Below are positions 1-7,999 of a stretch of 64,000 nucleotides of DNA, piece by piece (within the stretch, counting starts at the first letter, position 1; every line of letters begins with the position of its first letter). Both the position numbers and the translations under genes were made by a program. This DNA is from a virus. The notes beneath the pieces are model-generated. The model did not search any database, was not told the origin of the DNA, and saw nothing but the letters and a program-made list of their open reading frames with translations. Location: positions 18,342 through 82,341 of IMG/VR virus record IMGVR_UViG_3300037493_003174. One strand, given 5' to 3'.

Positions 1-1
1 T

Positions 2-1870
2 AAAGATGGTGTAGATGGTATCCTGGGTAATAAGACTCAAATGGCATTAGATGCTTTTAATTCTGGTATTCCTCCTTCTAAAGTAAAAACAATTGAACCA
101 AAGAAAGAATCACAAAGTACTAAGTATGTGATTAACAAAAATCTTGGAACAGGTTACTTACCATATCTCGATAGAGGAGAAGGAGAAGAAATTTGTGTTA
201 AAGGTAAAGGATGTTCATTTAATGTAAGTGTTAAGATGAGTAACTTACTTGGTGAAATAGCTGATGGGGATATATGGGCAAATGATGCTTGGTTTAATAA
301 GTCTGATGTTCTTAATAAAGGTGGAGATCTTATTTATGAAACCACAGAAAGAGACATCAGTAAGATGCCCAAGGTTCCTAAAGATGTTTATGCAAAATTA
401 CAAGTTGGTGATTATGTACAGCTCAATAGGATAAATACAAAAACAAGTGGAGAGTTTGCTGCAGAAAAACAAGGAGGTTTAGAAAATGAAAATGTTGAAC
501 ACCTTGGATTTGTAGTTGGTAAAGATAAAGATGGTACGCCACTAATTTGGCATGGTTCTGAAAAAGGAAAAGCTTTTATTAAAAGACTTGATGAGCCAAT
601 AAGTCTTGATGATCATGACAAAAGTATATTCACTTATCAAGTTGCATCTATTGTAAGATCACCTAGTCTTAAAAATGCTGACTTATCTGGATTACAGAAA
701 ACAGTCTATTACAGTACAATTGATCCTAAACAAAAACTAATAGCTAGTAAAACAGCAACTGAACGTCAAAGACAAGCAACAGGTGTTATTAATAATAATG
801 TTAGAAATCTTAAAAACTTAGGTTACACTCAAGAAGATGCAAATTTTGTAGGACAGATTCTTGTAGGAGGAATCATGCAAAATGAAACTCAGGGTGGAGA
901 ATCAAATAAAAGAATTCCTAAACAAATTGCAGCTACTCTTTATAAAGATGTTCTTGGTCAAGGAGAGTTTGAAGGAGATGAAGCAAGTATTGGTTATTAC
1001 CAAATGAAACCTACTTTAAACTTTGTCAGTAAAGATGGGTCATTAAATGCACTTGGTAAAAAATTAGAAAAACTTGGAGTTGATCCTAAAGATATTGGAA
1101 CTTTTGATATTGAAGCACAAACTAAAGCAGGTGCAATTATTCTTTTAGATAATTATGAACAACTTAAAAAAGATAAAGATTTTAATATTAAGACTGGTCT
1201 ATATAAAGGAAAGATACCAGCATCTTATATTTTAGCTAAGTCTTGGCAAGCAGGAACTGATTGGTATAAGAGAGAAAAATATCAAAAATATCTTAATAAC
1301 TTTGATATAGATTATAGTAATAATGTATTAAAAAATGCTCTTAATACTATGAGCAATACAACTACAAGTAATCAATTACAAAAAGAATATAATACAGTAA
1401 AGAAAGGAATTACATCAAGAGAACAAGCTAATGCAGATATTCAAAGAGCTCAAAGTCTTAAAGAATTAGTAGAAAAAAATAACAGAGAAGCTGAGTATCA
1501 AAAGAATAATCCAAATTATGCTTATTCAAAAAAGGTACCTACTGAGTCTACTGCTGTTTATAATTCTTATAAAGATACATTTAAAACACCTGAGTATACT
1601 ACGAAACCTATAATAGAAAGTACAGTTTATAAATATCCTGAAAGACCTGGAGTAACTTATAAAAAAGATTCAAAAGGTAAATGGTATGTTAACAGTGGAA
1701 AAGCAACAGGCAACAAGTACGTTCCTATACAAGATCCATCTGGGAGTAGAACAAAAGCTTTAGTAAAGGGTGCGGTTAAAGCTAAAGAAGGGGGTATGAT
1801 TGTAAATCTTACACAAGCTGAAATTGATAGATATATTAAGGATGGTTATGTAATAGAACAAATAGATTAA
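2..1870 (+). CDS. Multi-domain virion peptidoglycan hydrolase (PG-binding + NlpC/P60/CHAP-like + lytic transglycosylase-like), 5' truncated
   Basis: The frame is open upstream of the ATG at 41 and reads KDGVDGILGNKTQMALDAF, a PG_binding_1-type DGxxGxxT motif. GCSFNVS...LQVGDYV...EHLGFV...IWHGS gives a Cys-His-His papain-like pattern. IMQNETQGG...SIGYYQMKP gives an SLT/lysozyme-like E...GxxQ pattern. Confidence 0.7.
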   Translation, partial: KDGVDGILGNKTQMALDAFNSGIPPSKVKTIEPKKESQSTKYVINKNLGTGYLPYLDRGEGEEICVKGKGCSFNVSVKMSNLLGEIADGDIWANDAWFNKSDVLNKGGDLIYETTERDISKMPKVPKDVYAKLQVGDYVQLNRINTKTSGEFAAEKQGGLENENVEHLGFVVGKDKDGTPLIWHGSEKGKAFIKRLDEPISLDDHDKSIFTYQVASIVRSPSLKNADLSGLQKTVYYSTIDPKQKLIASKTATERQRQATGVINNNVRNLKNLGYTQEDANFVGQILVGGIMQNETQGGESNKRIPKQIAATLYKDVLGQGEFEGDEASIGYYQMKPTLNFVSKDGSLNALGKKLEKLGVDPKDIGTFDIEAQTKAGAIILLDNYEQLKKDKDFNIKTGLYKGKIPASYILAKSWQAGTDWYKREKYQKYLNNFDIDYSNNVLKNALNTMSNTTTSNQLQKEYNTVKKGITSREQANADIQRAQSLKELVEKNNREAEYQKNNPNYAYSKKVPTESTAVYNSYKDTFKTPEYTTKPIIESTVYKYPERPGVTYKKDSKGKWYVNSGKATGNKYVPIQDPSGSRTKALVKGAVKAKEGGMIVNLTQAEIDRYIKDGYVIEQID

Positions 1871-1884
1871 ACTTATTAAGTTTA
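1868..1884. promoter_or_regulatory. 17-bp palindrome TAAACTTA-T-TAAGTTTA (operator-like)
   Basis: Perfect 8-bp arms overlapping the stop codon; second copy at 7938-7954. Confidence 0.55.
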
Positions 1885-1894
1885 TCCAATAAAT

Positions 1895-1910
1895 TAAAAT
1901 TTAGTATATT
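1895..1910 (+). promoter_or_regulatory. Putative late promoter motif TAAAATTTAGTATATT
   Basis: Identical 16-mer at 27039-27054 and a variant at 52551-52564; each is followed by 16 nt and then an ATG. Confidence 0.6.
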
Positions 1911-1926
1911 AACTATATAAGATAAT

Positions 1927-4900
1927 ATGAAAAAAAGAGTTAGAATCTATAAGAGCCCAACAGGTGAAGGACAGTTTTTAAATAAGACTGCACAATTTTT
2001 ACGTAAAGCTCAGATGGGTGGTGCACCTACTGCAGAAGAATTATCATATCCGGGTGCTACTCAAGGTCAAACACAACAAGTAGATGATAATCAACTTGCT
2101 TCATTAGTACTACAAGATATTAGTAACTCAAGACCAAAAGAAGAGATAGTAGTTAAGTTGGTGAATATGTATGGTAAAGATCCAATGGAAGCAACTACTT
2201 TGGTAAATCAAATGTATACTTATCTTGAAGAACAATCAGAAGCACAGAAAGAAGAAGATTCTGAAGAATCATCAGATGAAGAAATTACAGGTGGAGATCC
2301 AGAAGATGCTCAGGAGGAAACAGTAATGAATCCTGTTCAAGAAATTGAAGAAGACTTCTATGGTGATGACATGAATAATGATATGGCAAATCAAGTTGCT
2401 AATGAAGATGATGAAGTAGAAGATGATGATACTGATGTTGCTTCTCAAGTAGTAATGATGAGAGGCGGCTACATGAGAGCACAAGATGGAGCAGAAATAG
2501 AAAGTGAATATCCAATTGTATTTCCAGGAGTTGAAGCATACTTACCTGCAAACATGTCTGACATGATGGGTGGTAGTTATGATGTAGCAACTGGAGAAGC
2601 TTGGCAAAGACCAGAGTTTACTGCACCTGAAACTTCAGATGATGCTGGTATCTCATATGGTTATATGGATCAAGGTGCAGAGGAAGCAATGGTAGAAGAT
2701 GCCCCTGAAGGAATACCAACAGAAGAAAGTGAGTATAGAAAAGGTGGAGCTTACAAAAAAGGTAAGAGTGCTTATGTAAATTCTGTACTTAAGTTAGTTA
2801 AGAAACAAATAGGTGGAGATCAAGAAAATAATAATCCTAATGACCTTACTAAAAAAGAAGATCAATCAGATCCAATTGGAAATGATTTAAGAAGAGGTAT
2901 CTTAAGTAATTATATTGGAACCCTTAAGAATCAAGGTCAGATGGCTGTTGCTAAAGAAGAAGCAGAACAACAGTATGATCAAATGATGCAACAGCAACAA
3001 ATGATGCAACAGGGTATGCCTCAAGCTCCAATGAATTATTCTGAAAATGGTGAAATGCTTGATGAAGCTCAGTTTGGTGGATTGTTTAATAGAAGAAGAA
3101 ATCAAGAAGGTCAAGAGAGAAGAGGCTTGTTCAATAGAAAACCAAGGATTCCACAAGGATTTGGTTATGGCTATCCTCCAATAGAATCAGTAGATGTATA
3201 CAAGAGAGGTATATTTGGTAGACCAAAAGAATACTCAGTTAACTTTGGACAAATGCCATCTGTTATGCCAGGTTATGGTATGCAAGGTAGTGGACCAGGT
3301 TTCTATGGTTATGGTTATACAGGTACTAAAAAGACTCCTGCAAGAAAAATTGTAGAAGATAATGCTATTTATGTAAATAGTCAAGCTAATAAAGATGTAG
3401 CTGTAGTTACTCCGGGTAATGAAGCAACTAATAAAGATGTTAAGGTTGAAGAAAAAGTTGAAGTAAAAGCTGATGGTACAACAGAAACAGTTGCAACTAC
3501 TGAAGTTAAAACTCCTGGGACTGAAACTCCGGTTACTGTAAACAGTTCTAAAACTGCAAAAGAAAAACAAGTTACTAAAGATCAAGTAAAAGGTCAAAAA
3601 GAAGTTAATGTTCAGAAACGTGCTGATGGTATTTACACTTATCCAAATAAGACTGCAATTTATAAGAAACAAAATAACCAGTGGTATATTGATATAACTG
3701 GTGTAGGAAATGCATTTCAAAAAGTTTCTTCTGGAGATGTAGAGGGTAGAGTAAATGCATTAGAAAAAAATGCTGTAACATATGTTCAACCAAAAGCTAA
3801 AGTAGTACCCATTCCTATTGGAAATAGGCCTGACTTAATGAAAGATGCAACAGGAGTAGCTTCTCAAGTAAGACAGGTTGCAGTTCCAACTTATGATTTT
3901 AAAAAACCAAAACCAAAAGTTAACGCTTTTGATATGGATAAAATTATGGCTCCAATAAAAGATCCATTCATGTTCCCAAGACAAACAGTGATTGATCCAA
4001 AAGGATCACAACTTTTTGGATTACAAGATGGAGGTATCATACAAGATCCTTTTTCTGATGAGTATGGTAATCTTCAAAGATTTGTTTATGGAGGAGATGA
4101 TGATCTATCACTTGCAAATATGGATCAGTCTGATATTGATTACACAGGATCAGAAGATGTAACAGATCCATACTTTCAAAAAGGAGGTTTGCTTAAAAAC
4201 TTGTTTCCTGCTAACTTAAATAGAAATTACAGTACAGAATATAGAGGTGCACGTAATGCTGCAGGAGAAGTTGTTCCTGGTTATTTTGGTAAGAATTCAC
4301 AACTTAAATCAGTAGATGTTCAAAAAACAGGTTTATTAAGTGGAAGACCTAAGAAGTATTCAGTTACTTTTAGTAATCAAAGTTCTGATCCAACTAAACC
4401 AATGATTAGTTTAGATAGACCAGGTACAGAAAGTGTTATACCTAAAAAAGCTCCTATGGCTTTATCTCAAAGAGAAATGGATAGAGGTGATAGACAAGCA
4501 GGAAGACAGAGACCATTAACTGCTGGTAAAAAATATGAAAAATATTTTGAAGAACCTGTATTGAATGAGGAAGAACAAGCAAAAGCTTTTGATAATCAAT
4601 TAAAATATCAAGCTAATGTAGATGCTTATCATAAGGAAAGATCAGATAATACTGCAATGATTAATAAAATGTTTAATCAAAAAGGAGAACAGCCTGGAAT
4701 AACACAAAATCAAATGCAAGAGTTTCAGCAGATGATTGGTAATCAAACAGGAATACCTAGTTATGCTGAATCTCCATATCCAACTCAAGTAATGCGTCCT
4801 GAAGGTGAGTTTCCTGAAGGATATGTACAAAGGAATCCAATGTATGGTGCAGCATCAGATAGCTATGAAAGTTACTTAGACTTTATAAATAGTGGTATGC

Positions 4901-5628
4901 CTTTAGGACAAGGTATGACAAGAAATGAGATGACAAGAGAGCAGTACATGGGAGAGTATGGTCATTATAATGATGGTGGTGCTTTAAGAAAGTTTATACC
5001 TACTGCTCAGTATGGTGGTGATAGCCCTGTAGTATATACTAATAATCCAGCAATGGATGGGATGACAGATGTTGATATGTTATCTCTTAACCCTGGTATT
5101 CAAGATTTAGATCAATCATCTTTAACAAGTTTTATGAATGTTGATAGTCCTACAAGAGATCAATCACAAGACCCAAAACAATATACTGTAGATCCAAATC
5201 AAGCTTCAAGACAACAAACTGAAAAAGTTTATGAACCTGAAGGAGATGTAACATATGACTTTAAAACAAAAACTAATGTTGATCCACAAGCAGCTTTACT
5301 TACAGGTAATGCAGCTGCTAAAGGAGTTTTAGGATTTGTTGATAGAATGCAAAATAAAAAGAACGAGGCAAAAATGTATAAAAATCTTACTTCTGATAAT
5401 TTATATGCAAGTGATCCTAGTAGAGACCGTGGTGATTATGAATCAAACTCTGGTTTATATAGACCAGATGACATGGGTGAAACTTGGAATAGTAGATCTG
5501 CACAAATGGGTGGTCAAAATAGTTATCTTAATGAAGATCCTGACTATGTAGAAGGAGATGAAGTTGATATGACAGATGAAGAATTAGCAAACTTTATTGC
5601 TAACGGTGGTGAAGTTGAATATTTATAA
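1927..5628 (+). CDS. Low-complexity virion internal/cargo protein with repeated xxxGG motifs
   Basis: 1233 aa, acidic and Q/M-rich, no Cys seen, about 11 [AFYM]xxGG-type motifs; lies upstream of the giant ejected proteins. Confidence 0.6.
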   Translation: MKKRVRIYKSPTGEGQFLNKTAQFLRKAQMGGAPTAEELSYPGATQGQTQQVDDNQLASLVLQDISNSRPKEEIVVKLVNMYGKDPMEATTLVNQMYTYLEEQSEAQKEEDSEESSDEEITGGDPEDAQEETVMNPVQEIEEDFYGDDMNNDMANQVANEDDEVEDDDTDVASQVVMMRGGYMRAQDGAEIESEYPIVFPGVEAYLPANMSDMMGGSYDVATGEAWQRPEFTAPETSDDAGISYGYMDQGAEEAMVEDAPEGIPTEESEYRKGGAYKKGKSAYVNSVLKLVKKQIGGDQENNNPNDLTKKEDQSDPIGNDLRRGILSNYIGTLKNQGQMAVAKEEAEQQYDQMMQQQQMMQQGMPQAPMNYSENGEMLDEAQFGGLFNRRRNQEGQERRGLFNRKPRIPQGFGYGYPPIESVDVYKRGIFGRPKEYSVNFGQMPSVMPGYGMQGSGPGFYGYGYTGTKKTPARKIVEDNAIYVNSQANKDVAVVTPGNEATNKDVKVEEKVEVKADGTTETVATTEVKTPGTETPVTVNSSKTAKEKQVTKDQVKGQKEVNVQKRADGIYTYPNKTAIYKKQNNQWYIDITGVGNAFQKVSSGDVEGRVNALEKNAVTYVQPKAKVVPIPIGNRPDLMKDATGVASQVRQVAVPTYDFKKPKPKVNAFDMDKIMAPIKDPFMFPRQTVIDPKGSQLFGLQDGGIIQDPFSDEYGNLQRFVYGGDDDLSLANMDQSDIDYTGSEDVTDPYFQKGGLLKNLFPANLNRNYSTEYRGARNAAGEVVPGYFGKNSQLKSVDVQKTGLLSGRPKKYSVTFSNQSSDPTKPMISLDRPGTESVIPKKAPMALSQREMDRGDRQAGRQRPLTAGKKYEKYFEEPVLNEEEQAKAFDNQLKYQANVDAYHKERSDNTAMINKMFNQKGEQPGITQNQMQEFQQMIGNQTGIPSYAESPYPTQVMRPEGEFPEGYVQRNPMYGAASDSYESYLDFINSGMPLGQGMTRNEMTREQYMGEYGHYNDGGALRKFIPTAQYGGDSPVVYTNNPAMDGMTDVDMLSLNPGIQDLDQSSLTSFMNVDSPTRDQSQDPKQYTVDPNQASRQQTEKVYEPEGDVTYDFKTKTNVDPQAALLTGNAAAKGVLGFVDRMQNKKNEAKMYKNLTSDNLYASDPSRDRGDYESNSGLYRPDDMGETWNSRSAQMGGQNSYLNEDPDYVEGDEVDMTDEELANFIANGGEVEYL

Positions 5629-5636
5629 TTTAAGCT

Positions 5637-7940
5637 ATGTTAAGAAGAGTAAGAATTAAATCTGTACCAAAAGCTAGAACAGGGTATCAAGTTAATGGTG
5701 GTTTAGCTAATGATGTACCATCATTTGGTGGTGCTGATTACAATGCATATATTGGTGAACAACCATCTGAGGTAAAGAGAACACTATCTGCGGTTCCAAG
5801 AAAAGAAGCTAATCTAGAAGCTGAAGGTGGAGAAACTGTAATAGGAAATATTGATGGTAGTATGATGCCCTCTTTTTTTACAATTACTGGTCCACGCCAC
5901 AGTAGTGGAGGTGTTCCATTAAACTTACCAGATGACAGTTTTATTTTTAGTGATACTAAGTCAATGAAGATTTCAGACCCAACTATTCTAAAAATGTTTA
6001 ATGCTAATCCTAAGAAAGGTGGATACACTCCGGCTGACTTATCTAAGAAATATGATCTTAACAGGTATAGAAAAATACTTCAAGATCCTAATTCAGATAA
6101 GATGGATAGAAAGACTGCTGAGATGATGATTAAGAATTACACCATGAAACTTGGTGCTTTAGCATTAGCTCAAGAGTCTAAGAAAGGATTTCCTCAAGGT
6201 ATACCTGAATTATCAAAACCTTATATGGAGTCTAATGGAATTACTGAAGAAGACTTACTACCACAAAAACCACAACCACAACAGCAGATGCCGTCACAAG
6301 AAATGATGGAGGCTCCTGAAATGGAAGGTATGGAAGAGATGCCAATGGAAATGCCAAATGGGGAACAGATAGCTCAACCTCAGTCTATGGAGCAAGATAT
6401 GGCTGCTCAGGAAATGATGCAACAACAAGCTCCTATGGCTTATAGTGGTCAACCAATGGCTATGTATGGGATGTCAATGGGAGGTTATGAGTTTCCTTAT
6501 GAGTCAAATGAAATGGCTTATGGAGGATTGACTAAAGCACAAACTGGAGTTATCACACCTTATGAAGAAGCAAGAACAAAACAAGGAAATGTAACTCCAA
6601 CGGGTACATCAAATAAGTTTAGTTCACGTAAACAATCATTAAATGATTATTTAAAACAATGGGAAGATAGTATTCCTGGTATTGGTAAAATGACAGAAGG
6701 CCAAGCACAAAAAGCTATTTATGAATGGACTTTAAAAAACAATCCTGAAAGCATTAAGAATATGTGGACAACACATGGTCTTACAGCTAAAGGTATGAAG
6801 AATGCAAAATTAAAAGCATTGAGTAAAGATGGGTCAGGTAAATTTACTGAAGAACAATTAAAAGATCCTAAACTGTTAGAACAGTTGCAAGATGCATATG
6901 TAGATAATTATTTTGGTGTAAGACAATTAGATCCTGTAAAAGCAGAAGAAGTAAAAGATGGGCCTGTATCAACAGAATGTCCATGTCTTGATGATAAAGG
7001 TGTAGCTATTGCAGGAAAGTTTGCTCAGAAGAATGAGAAAGATGAGTGTATGCCTGAAACATGTACACCAAAAGAAAGCTGTGAATGTGATAGAGCAGAT
7101 GGTACGGTATATGATCCAGGTATGAATACTGATGGTAGTTGTAAAGAATGTGAAGAAATTATCACAGAAGAAGGAGATGTACTTAAACCGCCAGCAGAAA
7201 AAAGAGAACCAGAATGGTGGTTACAAGATACTGTAAATACTATGGGTGCATTTGGTGATATGATGAGTGCTAAGAAATATATGCCTTGGGAAGCAAGAGT
7301 TGATCTTGAAGAACCAAGACCTACATTCTTAGATCCTACAAGAGAACTAGCTGCACAATCTGAACAAGCTAATATTGCAGCTCAAGCAGCTTCTTCATTT
7401 GCGGGTCCTCAAGCATTGAATGCAAGACTATCTCAGATACAAGGTCAAGGAGCTAGATCAGCTGCAGATACACTTAGTAGAATTAATAATCAAAATGTTA
7501 ATATTGCTAATCAGTTTGAAGCAAATCAAGTTGGTGTAAGAAACCAAGAAAATCAAATGAATCAGCAAATGGCAACTAGAGTATATGACAAAAATGTTAT
7601 TGCTAATCAACAGTTTGATAATGCTAAAAGACAAGGGGCTGCAAATATGAGACAGGCTTACAATACTGCAGTAACAAATAGAATGAAGACAGATGCATTA
7701 AATCAAATGTATCCTAACTATCAAACTAGACCGGGTGTTGGAGGACGTGTAGAATATACACCAACTGACAAAGCTGTTGATCCAGGAGCAAAGCAAGCAA
7801 CAATGGGAGAAGAATTAAAAGAATTAATGTCTCAAGGATTTAGTAAAGAGTCTGCTGAAAAATACCTTTTAAATAAATATAAAAAGAAAGGTGGTAGTAC
7901 AACAGGATACGTATATACTGATTGGCCAATCTTCTTATAA
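5637..7940 (+). CDS. crAss-like virion cargo/ejection protein
   Basis: 767 aa; EAEGGE...GPRHSSGGV...FIFSD domain that I recall from Bacteroidota phage cargo proteins; Q/M-rich linker, Cys-rich tandem pair and N/Q/A-rich helical C-terminus. Confidence 0.55.
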   Translation: MLRRVRIKSVPKARTGYQVNGGLANDVPSFGGADYNAYIGEQPSEVKRTLSAVPRKEANLEAEGGETVIGNIDGSMMPSFFTITGPRHSSGGVPLNLPDDSFIFSDTKSMKISDPTILKMFNANPKKGGYTPADLSKKYDLNRYRKILQDPNSDKMDRKTAEMMIKNYTMKLGALALAQESKKGFPQGIPELSKPYMESNGITEEDLLPQKPQPQQQMPSQEMMEAPEMEGMEEMPMEMPNGEQIAQPQSMEQDMAAQEMMQQQAPMAYSGQPMAMYGMSMGGYEFPYESNEMAYGGLTKAQTGVITPYEEARTKQGNVTPTGTSNKFSSRKQSLNDYLKQWEDSIPGIGKMTEGQAQKAIYEWTLKNNPESIKNMWTTHGLTAKGMKNAKLKALSKDGSGKFTEEQLKDPKLLEQLQDAYVDNYFGVRQLDPVKAEEVKDGPVSTECPCLDDKGVAIAGKFAQKNEKDECMPETCTPKESCECDRADGTVYDPGMNTDGSCKECEEIITEEGDVLKPPAEKREPEWWLQDTVNTMGAFGDMMSAKKYMPWEARVDLEEPRPTFLDPTRELAAQSEQANIAAQAASSFAGPQALNARLSQIQGQGARSAADTLSRINNQNVNIANQFEANQVGVRNQENQMNQQMATRVYDKNVIANQQFDNAKRQGAANMRQAYNTAVTNRMKTDALNQMYPNYQTRPGVGGRVEYTPTDKAVDPGAKQATMGEELKELMSQGFSKESAEKYLLNKYKKKGGSTTGYVYTDWPIFL

Positions 7941-7963
7941 ACTTAATAAGTTTATTAAACTTA
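7938..7963. promoter_or_regulatory. 17-bp palindrome TAAACTTA-A-TAAGTTTA plus an extra half-site
   Basis: Reverse complement of the 1868-1884 element; an additional TAAACTTA at 7956-7963. Confidence 0.55.
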
Positions 7964-7999
7964 AAAAATGTTGATACTTTTATAAAGAATTAGAATAAC

